Assembly: GCA_964057225.1 (NCBI GenBank)
Contig: OZ059895.1
Location: 3,968,001-4,032,000 of the forward strand
Direction: 5' to 3'
Length of the DNA stretch: 64,000 nucleotides
Origin: Auanema rhodensis
Lineage: Eukaryota; Animalia; Nematoda
Shown here in pieces: positions 1 through 15,000 of the stretch. Each line of letters begins with the position of its first letter. Within the stretch, counting starts at the first letter, position 1. A model generated the notes under the pieces. It was given only the letters and a program-made list of their open reading frames with translations, was not told the DNA's origin and made no database searches. The position numbers and the translations under genes were made by a program.

Positions 1-3000
1 GTGAAAATCGAGGATATAAGTGTGAACTTATATCAGTTGATATCTCGGTGCATTTTTGAGCTAGCGCAAATCTGATAACACAGATCGACGCAGCTTAAAA
101 ATCCGCATCGAATACACTATACTACATTGAGAAACGCTTAATACAAAACTTAGTTATGATCGTTTGAAAAATGATGCATTAGTGTATGTTGAGTTTCCAT
201 GTACACTCAACATTGCTTCCAAAAACATTTTGACAAAAATTTTTTCGAAAAATTTCAAAATAATTTAGCAAAAAGTAGATGTTTTTAGATTCCTTTTTTA
301 AAGGCAAAGATGATGGACAATGTTATTCAACGAAAAAATTAATTCTTCAGGGTGAAAATCGAGGATATAAGTGTGAACTTATATCAGTTGATATCTCGGT
401 GCATTTTCAAGCTAGCGCAAATCTGATAACACAGATCGACGAACCTAAAAAATCCGCATCGAATGCACTATACTTCATTGAGAAACGCTTAATACAAAAC
501 TTAGTTATGATCGTTTGAAAAATGATGCATTAGTGTATGTTGAGTTTCCATGTACACTCAACATTGCTTCCAAAAACATTTTGACAAAAATTTTTTCGAA
601 AAATTTCAAAATAATTTAGCAAAAAGTAGATGTTTTTAGATTCCTTTTTTTAAGGCAAAGATGATGGACAATGTGATTCAACGAAAAAATCAATTCTTCA
701 GGGTGAAAATCGAGGATATAAGTGTGAACTTATATCAGTTGATATCTCGGTGCATTTTTAAGCTAGCGCAAATCTGATAACACAGATCGACGCAGCTTAA
801 AAATCCGCATCGAATACACTATACTACATTGAGAAACGCTTAATACAAAACTTAGTTATGATCGTTTGAAAAATGATGCATTAGTGTATGTTGAGTTTCC
901 ATGTACACTCAACATTGCTTCCAAAAACATTTTGACAAAAATTTTTTCGAAAAATTACAAAATAATTTAGCAAAAAGTAGATGTTTTTAGATTCCTTTTT
1001 TAAAGGCAAAGATGATGGACAATGTTATTCAACGAAAAAATTAATTCTTCAGGGTGAAAATCGAGGATATAAGTGTGAACTTATATCAGTTGATATCTCG
1101 GTGCATTTTTAAGCTAGCGCAAATCTGATAACACAGATCGACGCAGCTTACAAATCCGCATCGAATGCACTACACTTCATTGAGAAACGCTTAATACAAA
1201 ACTTAGTTATGATCGTTTGAAAAATGATGCATTAGTGTATGTTGAGTTTCCATGTACACTCAACATTGCTTCCAAAAACATTTTGACAAAAATTTTTTCG
1301 AAAAATTTCAAAATAATTTAGCAAAAAGTAGATGTTTTTAGATTCCTTTTTTTAAGGCAAAGACGATGGACAATGTTATTCAACGAAAAAATCAATTCTT
1401 CAGGGTGAAAATCGAGGATATAAGTGTGAACTTATATCAGTTGATATCTCGGTGCATTTTTAAGCTAGCGCAAATCTGATAACACAGATCGACGCAGCTT
1501 AAAAATCCGCATCGAATACACTATACTACATTGAGAAACGTTTAATACAAAAATTAGTTATGATCGTTTGAAAAATGATGCATTAGTGTATGTTGAGTTT
1601 CCATGTACACTCAACATTGCTTCCAAAAACATTTTGACAAAAATTTTTTCGAAAAATTTCAAAATAATTTAGCAAAAAGTAGATGTTTTTAGATTCCTTT
1701 TTTAAAGGCAAAGATGATGGACAATGTTATTCAACGAAAAAATTAATTCTTCAGGGTGAAAATCGAGGATATAAGTGTGAACATATATCAGTTAATATCT
1801 CGGTGCATTTTTAAGCTAGCGCAAATCTGATAACACAGATCGACGCAGCTTACAAATCCGCATCGAATGCACTATACTACATTGAAAAACGCTCAATACA
1901 AAACTTAGTTATGATCGTTTGAAAAATGATGCATTAGTGTATGTTGAGTTTCCATGTACACTCAACATTGCTTCCAAAAACATTTTGACAAAAATTTTTT
2001 CAAAAAATTTCAGAATAATTTAGCAAAAAGTAGATGTTTTTAGATTCATTTTTTTAAGGCAAAGACGATGGACAATGTTATTCAACGAAAAAATTAATTC
2101 TTCAGGGTGAAAATCGAGGATATAAGTGTGAACTTATATCAGTTGATATCTCGGTGCATTTTTAAGCTAGCGCAAATCTGATAACACAGATCGACGCAGC
2201 TTACAAATCCGCATCGAATGCACTATACTTCATTGAGAAACGCTTAATACAAAAATTAGTTATGATTGTTTGAAAAATGATGCATTAGTGTATGTTGAGT
2301 TTCCATGTACACTCAACATTGCTTCCAAAAACATTTTGACAAAAATTTTTTCAAAAAATTTCAGAATAATTTAGCAAAAAGTAGATGTTTTTAGATTCAT
2401 TTTTTTAAGGCAAAGACGATGGACAATGTTTTTCAACGAAAAAATTGATTCTTCAGGGTGAAAATCGAGGATATAAGTGTGAACTTATATCAGTTGATAT
2501 CTCGGTGCATTTTCAAGCTAGCGCAAATCTGATAACACAGATCGACGCAGCTTAGAAATCCGCATCGAATGCACTATACTTTATTGAGAAACGCTTAATA
2601 CAAAAATTAGTTATGATCGTTTGAAAAATGATGCATTAGTGTATGTTGAGTTTCCATGTACACTCAACATTGCTTCCAAAAACATTTTGACAAAAATTTT
2701 TTCGAAAAATTTCAAAATAATTTAGCAAAAAGTAGATGTTTTTAGATTCCTTTTTTTAAGGCAAAGACGATGGACAATGTTATTCAACGAAAAAATCAAT
2801 TCTTCAGGGTGAAAATCGAGGATATAAGTGTGAACTTATATCAGTTGATATCTCGGTGCATTTTTGAGCTAGCGCAAATCTGATAACACAGATCGACGCA
2901 GCTTAAAAATCCGCATCGAATGCACTATACTTCATTGAGAAACGCTTAATACAAAAATTAGTTATGATCGTTTGAAAAATGATGCATTAGTGTATGTTGA

Positions 3001-6000
3001 GTTTCCATGTACACTCAACATTGCTTCCAAAAACATTTTGACAAAAATTTTTTCGAAAAATTTCAAAATAATTTAGCAAAAAGTAGATGTTTTTAGATTC
3101 CTTTTTTAAAGGCAAAGATGATGGACAATGTTATTCAACGAAAAAATTAATTCTTCAGGGTGAAAATCGAGGATATAAGTGTGAACATATATCAGTTAAT
3201 ATCTCGGTGCATTTTTAAGCTAGCGCAAATCTGATAACACAGATCGACGCAGCTTACAAATCCGCATCGAATGCACTATACTACATTGAAAAACGCTTAA
3301 TACAAAACTTAGTTATGATCGTTTGAAAAATGATGCATTAGTGTATGTTGAGTTTCCATGTACACTCAACATTGCTTCCAAAAACATTTTGACAAAAATT
3401 TTTTCAAAAAATTTCAGAATAATTTAGCAAAAAGTAGATGTTTTTAGATTCATTTTTTTAAGGCAAAGACGATGGACAATGTTATTCAACGAAAAAATTA
3501 ATTCTTCAGGGTGAAAATCGAGGATATAAGTGTGAACTTATATCAGTTGATATCTCGGTGCATTTTTAAGCTAGCGCAAATCTGATAACACAGATCGACG
3601 CAGCTTACAAATCCGCATCGAATGCACTATACTTCATTGAGAAACGCTTAATACAAAAATTAGTTATGATTGTTTGAAAAATGATGCATTAGTGTATGTT
3701 GAGTTTCCATGTACACTCAACATTGCTTCCAAAAACATTTTGACAAAAATTTTTTCAAAAAATTTCAGAATAATTTAGCAAAAAGTAGATGTTTTTAGAT
3801 TCATTTTTTTAAGGCAAAGACGATGGACAATGTTTTTCAACGAAAAAATTGATTCTTCAGGGTGAAAATCGAGGATATAAGTGTGAACTTATATCAGTTG
3901 ATATCTCGGTGCATTTTCAAGCTAGCGCAAATCTGATAACACAGATCGACGCAGCTTAGAAATCCGCATCGAATGCACTATACTTTATTGAGAAACGCTT
4001 AATACAAAAATTAGTTATGATCGTTTGAAAAATGATGCATTAGTGTATGTTGAGTTTCCATGTACACTCAACATTGCTTCCAAAAACATTTTGACAAAAA
4101 TTTTTTCGAAAAATTTCAAAATAATTTAGCAAAAAGTAGATGTTTTTAGATTCCTTTTTTTAAGGCAAAGACGATGGACAATGTTATTCAACGAAAAAAT
4201 CAATTCTTCAGGGTGAAAATCGAGGATATAAGTGTGAACTTATATCAGTTGATATCTCGGTGCATTTTTGAGCTAGCGCAAATCTGATAACACAGATCGA
4301 CGCAGCTTAAAAATCCGCATCGAATACACTATACTACATTGAGAAACGCTTAATACAAAACTTAGTTATGATCGTTTGAAAAATGATGCATTAGTGTATG
4401 TTGAGTTTCCATGTACACTCAACATTGCTTCCAAAAACATTTTGACAAAAATTTTTTCGAAAAATTTCAAAATAATTTAGCAAAAAGTAGATGTTTTTAG
4501 ATTCCTTTTTTAAAGGCAAAGATGATGGACAATGTTATTCAACGAAAAAATTAATTCTTCAGGGTGAAAATCGAGGATATAAGTGTGAACTTATATCAGT
4601 TGATATCTCGGTGCATTTTCAAGCTAGCGCAAATCTGATAACACAGATCGACGAACCTAAAAAATCCGCATCGAATGCACTATACTTCATTGAGAAACGC
4701 TTAATACAAAACTTAGTTATGATCGTTTGAAAAATGATGCATTAGTGTATGTTGAGTTTCCATGTACACTCAACATTGCTTCCAAAAACATTTTGACAAA
4801 AATTTTTTCGAAAAATTTCAAAATAATTTAGCAAAAAGTAGATGTTTTTAGATTCCTTTTTTTAAGGCAAAGATGATGGACAATGTTATTCAACGAAAAA
4901 ATCAATTCTTCAGGGTGAAAATCGAGGATATAAGTGTGAACTTATATCAGTTGATATCTCGGTGCATTTTTAAGCTAGCGCAAATCTGATAACACAGATC
5001 GACGCAGCTTAAAAATCCGCATCGAATACACTATACTACATTGAGAAACGCTTAATACAAAACTTAGTTATGATCGTTTGAAAAATGATGCATTAGTGTA
5101 TGTTGAGTTTCCATGTACACTCAACATTGCTTCCAAAAACATTTTGACAAAAATTTTTTCGAAAAATTTCAAAATAATTTAGCAAAAAGTAGATGTTTTT
5201 AGATTCCTTTTTTAAAGGCAAAGATGATGGACAATGTTATTCAACGAAAAAATTAATTCTTCAGGGTGAAAATCGAGGATATAAGTGTGAACTTATATCA
5301 GTTGATATCTCGGTGCATTTTTAAGCTAGCGCAAATCTGATAACACAGATCGACGCAGCTTACAAATCCGCATCGAATGCACTACACTTCATTGAGAAAC
5401 GCTTAATACAAAACTTAGTTATGATCGTTTGAAAAATGATGCATTAGTGTATGTTGAGTTTCCATGTACACTCAACATTGCTTCCAAAAACATTTTGACA
5501 AAAATTTTTTCGAAAAATTTCAAAATAATTTAGCAAAAAGTAGATGTTTTTAGATTCCTTTTTTTAAGGTAAAGACGATGGACAATGTTATTCAACGAAA
5601 AAATCAATTCTTCATTGTGAAAATCGAGGATATAAGTGTGAACTTATATCAGTTGATATCTCGGTGCAATTTTAAGCTAGCGCAAATCTGATAACACAGA
5701 TCGACGCAGCTTAAAAATCCGCATCGAATACACTATACTACATTGAGAAACGTTTAATACAAAAATTAGTTATGATCGTTTGAAAAATGATGCATTAGTG
5801 TATGTTGAGTTTCCATGTACACTCAACATTGCTTCCAAAAACATTTTGACAAAAATTTTTTCGAAAAATTTCAAAATAATTTAGCAAAAAGTAGATGTTT
5901 TTAGATTCCTTTTTTAAAGGCAAAGATGATGGACAATGTTATTCAACGAAAAAATTAATTCTTCAGGGTGAAAATCGAGGATATAAGTGTGAACATATAT

Positions 6001-9000
6001 CAGTTAATATCTCGGTGCATTTTTAAGCTAGCGCAAATCTGATAACACAGATCGACGCAGCTTACAAATCCGCATCGAATGCACTATACTACATTGAAAA
6101 ACGCTTAATACAAAACTTAGTTATGATCGTTTGAAAAATGATGCATTAGTGTATGTTGAGTTTCCATGTACACTCAACATTGCTTCCAAAAACATTTTGA
6201 CAAAAATTTTTTCAAAAAATTTCAGAATAATTTAGCAAAAAGTAGATGTTTTTAGATTCATTTTTTTAAGGCAAAGACGATGGACAATGTTATTCAACGA
6301 AAAAATTAATTCTTCAGGGTGAAAATCGAGGATATAAGTGTGAACTTATATCAGTTGATATCTCGGTGCATTTTTAAGCTAGCGCAAATCTGATAACACA
6401 GATCGACGCAGCTTACAAATCCGCATCGAATGCACTATACTTCATTGAGAAACGCTTAATACAAAAATTAGTTATGATTGTTTGAAAAATGATGCATTAG
6501 TGTATGTTGAGTTTCCATGTACACTCAACATTGCTTCCAAAAACATTTTGACAAAAATTTTTTCAAAAAATTTCAGAATAATTTAGCAAAAAGTAGATGT
6601 TTTTAGATTCATTTTTTTAAGGCAAAGACGATGGACAATGTTTTTCAACGAAAAAATTGATTCTTCAGGGTGAAAATCGAGGATATAAGTGTGAACTTAT
6701 ATCAGTTGATATCTCGGTGCATTTTCAAGCTAGCGCAAATCTGATAACACAGATCGACGCAGCTTAGAAATCCGCATCGAATGCACTATACTTTATTGAG
6801 AAACGCTTAATACAAAAATTAGTTATGATCGTTTGAAAAATGATGCATTAGTGTATGTTGAGTTTCCATGTACACTCAACATTGCTTCCAAAAACATTTT
6901 GACAAAAATTTTTTCGAAAAATTTCAAAATAATTTAGCAAAAAGTAGATGTTTTTAGATTCCTTTTTTTAAGGCAAAGACGATGGACAATGTTATTCAAC
7001 GAAAAAATCAATTCTTCAGGGTGAAAATCGAGGATATAAGTGTGAACTTATATCAGTTGATATCTCGGTGCATTTTTGAGCTAGCGCAAATCTGATAACA
7101 CAGATCGACGCAGCTTAAAAATCCGCATCGAATACACTATACTACATTGAGAAACGCTTAATACAAAACTTAGTTATGATCGTTTGAAAAATGATGCATT
7201 AGTGTATGTTGAGTTTCCATGTACACTCAACATTGCTTCCAAAAACATTTTGACAAAAATTTTTTCGAAAAATTTCAAAATAATTTAGCAAAAAGTAGAT
7301 GTTTTTAGATTCCTTTTTTAAAGGCAAAGATGATGGACAATGTTATTCAACGAAAAAATTAATTCTTCAGGGTGAAAATCGAGGATATAAGTGTGAACTT
7401 ATATCAGTTGATATCTCGGTGCATTTTCAAGCTAGCGCAAATCTGATAACACAGATCGACGCAGCTTAGAAATCCGCATCGAATGCACTATACTTTATTG
7501 AGAAACGCTTAATACAAAAATTAGTTATGATCGTTTGAAAAATGATGCATTAGTGTATGTTGAGTTTCCATGTACACTCAACATTGCTTCCAAAAACATT
7601 TTGACAAAAATTTTTTCGAAAAATTTCAAAATAATTTAGCAAAAAGTAGATGTTTTTAGATTCCTTTTTTTAAGGCAAAGACGATGGACAATGTTATTCA
7701 ACGAAAAAATCAATTCTTCAGGGTGAAAATCGAGGATATAAGTGTGAACTTATATCAGTTGATATCTCGGTGCATTTTTGAGCTAGCGCAAATCTGATAA
7801 CACAGATCGACGCAGCTTAAAAATCCGCATCGAATACACTATACTACATTGAGAAACGCTTAATACAAAACTTAGTTATGATCGTTTGAAAAATGATGCA
7901 TTAGTGTATGTTGAGTTTCCATGTACACTCAACATTGCTTCCAAAAACATTTTGACAAAAATTTTTTCGAAAAATTTCAAAATAATTTAGCAAAAAGTAG
8001 ATGTTTTTAGATTCCTTTTTTAAAGGCAAAGATGATGGACAATGTTATTCAACGAAAAAATTAATTCTTCAGGGTGAAAATCGAGGATATAAGTGTGAAC
8101 TTATATCAGTTGATATCTCGGTGCATTTTCAAGCTAGCGCAAATCTGATAACACAGATCGACGAACCTAAAAAATCCGCATCGAATGCACTATACTTCAT
8201 TGAGAAACGCTTAATACAAAACTTAGTTATGATCGTTTGAAAAATGATGCATTAGTGTATGTTGAGTTTCCATGTACACTCAACATTGCTTCCAAAAACA
8301 TTTTGACAAAAATTTTTTCGAAAAATTTCAAAATAATTTAGCAAAAAGTAGATGTTTTTAGATTCCTTTTTTTAAGGCAAAGATGATGGACAATGTTATT
8401 CAACGAAAAAATCAATTCTTCAGGGTGAAAATCGAGGATATAAGTGTGAACTTATATCAGTTGATATCTCGGTGCATTTTTAAGCTAGCGCAAATCTGAT
8501 AACACAGATCGACGCAGCTTAAAAATCCGCATCGAATACACTATACTACATTGAGAAACGCTTAATACAAAACTTAGTTATGATCGTTTGAAAAATGATG
8601 CATTAGTGTATGTTGAGTTTCCATGTACACTCAACATTGCTTCCAAAAACATTTTGACAAAAATTTTTTCGAAAAATTTCAAAATAATTTAGCAAAAAGT
8701 AGATGTTTTTAGATTCCTTTTTTAAAGGCAAAGATGATGGACAATGTTATTTAACGAAAAAATTAATTCTTCAGGGTGAAAATCGAGGATATAAGTGTGA
8801 ACTTATATCAGTTGATATCTCGATGCATTTTTAAGCTAGCGCAAATCTGATAACACAGATCGACGCAGCTTACAAATCCGCATCGAATGCACTATACTTC
8901 ATTGAGAAACGCTTAATACAAAACTTAGTTATGATCGTTTGAAAAATGATGCATTAGTGTATGTTGAGTTTCCATGTACACTCAACATTGCTTCCAAAAA

Positions 9001-12000
9001 CATTTTGACAAAAATTTTTTCAAAAAATTTCAAAATAATTTAGCAAAAAGTAGATGTTTTTAGATTCCTTTTTTTAAGGCAAAGACGATGGACAATGTTA
9101 TTCAACGAAAAAATCAATTCTTCAGGGTGAAAATCGAGGATATAAGTGTGAACTTATATCAGTTGATATCTCGGTGCATTTTTAAGCTAGCGCAAATCTG
9201 ATAACACAGATCGACGCAGCTTAAAAATCCGCATCGAATACACTATACTACATTGAGAAACGTTTAATACAAAAATTAGTTATGATCGTTTGAAAAATGA
9301 TGCATTAGTGTATGTTGAGTTTCCATGTACACTCAACATTGCTTCCAAAAACATTTTGACAAAAATTTTTTCGAAAAATTTCAAAATAATTTAGCAAAAA
9401 GTAGATGTTTTTAGATTCCTTTTTTTAAGGCAAAGACGATGGACAATGTTATTCAACGAAAAAATCAATTCTTCAGGGTGAAAATCGAGGATATAAGTGT
9501 GAACTTATATCAGTTAATATCTCGGTGCATTTTTAAGCTAGCGCAAATCTGATAACACAGATCGACGCAGCTTACAAATCTGCATCGAATGCACTATATT
9601 TCATTGAGAAACGCTTAATACAAAAATTAGTTATGATCGTTTGAAAAATGATGCATTAGTGTATGTTGAGTTTCCAAGTACACTCAACATTGCTTCCAAA
9701 AACATTTTGACAAACATTTTTTCAAAAAATTTCAAAATAATTTAGCAAAAAGTAGATGTTTTTAGATTCCTTTTTTTAAGGCAAAGACGATGGACAATGT
9801 TATTCAACGAAAAAATCAATTCTTCAGGGTGAAAATCGAGGATATAAGTGTGAACTTATATCAGTTGATATCTCGGTGCATTTTTAAGCTAGCGCAAATC
9901 TGATAACACAGATCGACGCAGCTTAAAAATCCGCATCGAATACACTATACTACATTGAGAAACGTTTAATACAAAAATTAGTTATGATCGTTTGAAAAAT
10001 GATGCATTAGTGTATGTTGAGTTTCCATGTACACTCAACATTGCTTCCAAAAACATTTTGACAAAAATTTTTTCGAAAAATTTCAAAATAATTTAGCAAA
10101 AAGTAGATGTTTTTAGATTCCTTTTTTAAAGGCAAAGATGATGGACAATGTTATTCAACGAAAAAATTAATTCTTCAGGGTGAAAATCGAGGATATAAGT
10201 GTGAACTTATATCAGTTAATATCTCGGTGCATTTTTAGGCTAGCGCAAATCTGATAACACAGATCGACGCAGCATACAAATCCGCATCGAATGCACTATA
10301 CTTCATTGAGAAACGCTTAATACAAAAATTAGTTATGATCGTTTGAAAAATGATGCATTAGTGTATGTTGAGTTTCCATGTACACTCAACATTGCTTCCA
10401 AAAACATTTTGACAAAAATTTTTTCGAAAAATTTCAAAATAATTTAGCAAAAAGTAGATGTTTTTAGATTCCTTTTTTAAAGGCAAAGATGATGGACAAT
10501 GTTATTCAACGAAAAAATTAATTCTTCAGGGTGAAAATCGAGGATATAAGTGTGAACTTATATCAGTTAATATCTCGGTGCATTTTTAAGCTAGCGCAAA
10601 TCTGATAACACAGATCGACGCAGCTTACAAATCCGCATCGAATGCACTATATTTCATTGAGAAACGCTTAATACAAAAATTAGTTATGATCGTTTGAAAA
10701 ATGATGCATTAGTGTATGTTGAGTTTCCATGTACACTCAACATTGCTTCCAAAAACATTTTGACAAACATTTTTTCAAAAAATTTCAAAATAATTTAGCA
10801 AAAAGTAGATGTTTTTAGATTCCTTTTTTTAAGGCAAAGACGATGGACAATGTTATTCATTGAAAAAATCAATTCTTCAGGGTGAAAATCGAGGATATAA
10901 GTGTGAACTTATATCAGTTAATATCTCGGTGCATTTTTAAGCTAGCGCAAATCTGATAACACAGATCGACGCAGCTTACAAATCCGCATCGAATGCACTA
11001 TATTTCATTGAGAAACGCTTAATACAAAAATTAGTTATGATCGTTTGAAAAATGATGCATTAGTGTATGTTGAGTTTCCAAGTACACTCAACATTGCTTC
11101 CAAAAACATTTTGACAAACATTTTTTCAAAAAATTTCAAAATAATTTAGCAAAAAGTAGATGTTTTTAGATTCCTTTTTTTAAGGCAAAGACGATGGACA
11201 ATGTTATTCAACGAAAAAATCAATTCTTCAGGGTGAAAATCGAGGATATAAGTGTGAACTTATATCAGTTGATATCTCGGTGCATTTTTAAGCTAGCGCA
11301 AATCTGATAACACAGATCGACGCAGCTTAAAAATCCGCATCGAATACACTATACTACATTGAGAAACGTTTAATACAAAAATTAGTTATGATCGTTTGAA
11401 AAATGATGCATTAGTGTATGTTGAGTTTCCATGTACACTCAACATTGCTTCCAAAAACATTTTGACAAAAATTTTTTCGAAAAATTTCAAAATAATTTAG
11501 CAAAAAGTAGATGTTTTTAGATTCCTTTTTTAAAGGCAAAGATGATGGACAATGTTATTCAACGAAAAAATTAATTCTTCAGGGTGAAAATCGAGGATAT
11601 AAGTGTGAACTTATATCAGTTAATATCTCGGTGCATTTTTAGGCTAGCGCAAATCTGATAACACAGATCGACGCAGCATACAAATCCGCATCGAATGCAC
11701 TATACTTCATTGAGAAACGCTTAATACAAAAATTAGTTATGATCGTTTGAAAAATGATGCATTAGTGTATGTTGAGTTTCCATGTACACTCAACATTGCT
11801 TCCAAAAACATTTTGACAAAAATTTTTTCGAAAAATTTCAAAATAATTTAGCAAAAAGTAGATGTTTTTAGATTCCTTTTTTAAAGGCAAAGATGATGGA
11901 CAATGTTATTCAACGAAAAAATTAATTCTTCAGGGTGAAAATCGAGGATATAAGTGTGAACTTATATCAGTTAATATCTCGGTGCATTTTTAAGCTAGCG

Positions 12001-15000
12001 CAAATCTGATAACACAGATCGACGCAGCTTACAAATCCGCATCGAATGCACTATATTTCATTGAGAAACGCTTAATACAAAAATTAGTTATGATCGTTTG
12101 AAAAATGATGCATTAGTGTATGTTGAGTTTCCATGTACACTCAACATTGCTTCCAAAAACATTTTGACAAACATTTTTTCAAAAAATTTCAAAATAATTT
12201 AGCAAAAAGTAGATGTTTTTAGATTCCTTTTTTTAAGGCAAAGACGATGGACAATGTTATTCATTGAAAAAATCAATTCTTCAGGGTGAAAATCGAGGAT
12301 ATAAGTGTGAACTTATATCAGTTGATATCTCGGTGCATTTTTAAGCTAGCGCAAATCTGATAACACAGATCGACGCAGCTTAAAAATCCGCATCGAATAC
12401 ACTATACTACATTGAGAAACGTTTAATACAAAAATTAGTTATGATCGTTTGAAAAATGATGCATTAGTGTATGTTGAGTTTCCATGTACACTCAACATTG
12501 CTTCCAAAAACATTTTGACAAAAATTTTTTCGAAAAATTTCAAAATAATTTAGCAAAAAGTAGATGTTTTTAGATTCCTTTTTTAAAGGCAAAGATGATG
12601 GACAATGTTATTCAACGAAAAAATTAATTCTTCAGGGTGAAAATCGAGGATATAAGTGTGAACTTATATCAGTTAATATCTCGGTGCATTTTTAGGCTAG
12701 CGCAAATCTGATAACACAGATCGACGCAGCTTACAAATCCGCATCGAATGCACTATACTTCATTGAGAAACGCTTAATACAAAAATTAGTTATGATCGTT
12801 TGAAAAATGATGCATTAGTGTATGTTGAGTTTCCATGTACACTCAACATTGCTTCCAAAAACATTTTGACAAAAATTTTTTCGAAAAATTTCAAAATAAT
12901 TTAGCAAAAAGTAGATGTTTTTAGATTCCTTTTTTAAAGGCAAAGATGATGGACAATGTTATTCAACGAAAAAATTAATTCTTCAGGGTGAAAATCGAGG
13001 ATATAAGTGTGAACTTATATCAGTTAATATCTCGGTGCATTTTTAGGCTAGCGCAAATCTGATAACACAGATCGACGCAGCTTAAAAATCCGCATCGAAT
13101 GCACTATACTTCATTGAGAAACGCTTAATACAAAACTTAGTTATGATCGTTTGAAAAATGATGCATTAGTGTATGTTGAGTTTCCATGTACACTCAACAT
13201 TGCTTCCAAAAACATTTTGACAAAAATTTTTTCAAAAAATTTCAGAATAATTTAGCAAAAAGTAGATGTTTTTAGATTCCTTTTTTCAAGGCAAAGACGA
13301 TGGGCAATGTTATTCAACGAAAAAATTAGTTCTTCAGGGTGAAAATCGAGGATATAAGTGTGAACTTATATCAGTTGATATCTCGGTGCATTTTCAAGCT
13401 AGCGCAAATCTGATAACGCAGATCGACGCAGCTTAAAAATCCGCATCGAATGCACTATACTTCATTGAGAAACGCTTAATACAAAAATTAGTTATGATCG
13501 TTTGAAAAATGATGCATTAGTGTATGTTGAGTTTCCATTTTGACAAAAATTTTTTCGAAAAATTTCAAAATAATTTAGCAAAAAGTAGATGTTTTTAGAT
13601 TCATTTTTTTAAGGCAAAGACGATGGACAATGTTATTCAACGAAAAAATTAATTCTTCAGGGTGAAAATCGAGGATATAAGTGTGAACTTATATCAGTTG
13701 ATATCTCGGTGCATTTTCAAGCTAGCGCAAATCTGATTACACAGATCGACGCAGCATAAAAATCCGCATCGAATGCACTATACTTCATTGAGAAACGCTT
13801 AATACAAAAATTAGTTATGATCGTTTGAAAAATGATGCATTAGTGTATGTTGAGTTTCCATGTACACTCAACATTGCTTCCAAAAACATTTTGACAAAAA
13901 TTTTTTCAAAAAATTTCAAAATAATTTAGCAAAAAGTAGATGTTTTTAGATTCCTTTTTTCAAGGCAAAGACGATGGGCAATGTTATTCAACGAAAAAAT
14001 TAATTCTTCAGGGTGAAAATCGAGGATATAAGTGTGAACTTATATCAGTTGATATCTCGGTGCATTTTCAAGCTAGCGCAAATCTGATAACGCAGATCGA
14101 TGCAGCTTAAAAATCCGCATCGAATGCACTATACTTCATTGAGAAACGCTTAATACAAAAATTAGTTATGATCGTTTGAAAAATGATGCATTAGTGTATG
14201 TTGAGTTTCCATTTTGACAAAAATTTTTTCGAAAAATTTCAAAATAATTTAGCAAAAAGTAGATGTTTTTAGATTCATTTTTTTAAGGCAAAGACGATGG
14301 ACAATGTTATTCAACGAAAAAATTAATTCTTCAGGGTGAAAATCGAGGATATAAGTGTGAACTTATATCAGTTGATATCTCGGTGCATTTTCAAGCTAGC
14401 GCAAATCTGATAACACAGATCGACGCAGCTTAAAAATCCGCATCGAATGCACTATACTTCATTGAGAAACGCGTAATACAAAAATTAGTTATGATTGTTT
14501 GAAAAATGATGCATTAGTGTATGTTGAGTTTCCATGTACACTCAACATTGCTTCCAAAAACATTTTGACAAAAATTTTTTCGAAAAATTTCAAAATAATT
14601 TAGCAAAAAGTAGATGTTTTTAGATTCCTTTTTTAAAGGCAAAGATGATGGACAATGTTATTCAACGAAAAAATTAATTCTTCAGGGTGAAAATCGAGGA
14701 TATAAGTGAGAACTTATATCAGTTGATATCTCGGTGCATTCTTAAGCTAGCGCAAATCTGATAACACAGATCGACGCAGCTTAAAAATCCGCATCGAATG
14801 CACTATACTTCATTGAGAAACGCTTAATACAAAACTTAGTTATGATCGTTTGAAAAATGATGCATTAGTGTATGTTGAGTTTCCATGTACACTCAACATT
14901 GCTTCCAAAAACATTTTGACAAAAATTTTTTCGAAAAATTTCAAAATAATTTAGCAAAAAGTAGATGTTTTTAGATTCCTTTTTTTAAGGCAAAGACGAT

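Noticed and set aside
279-518. 79-aa ORF repeated at 279, 4491 and 8001
   Set aside because: Chance open frame in one satellite monomer variant; the other monomers have stops.
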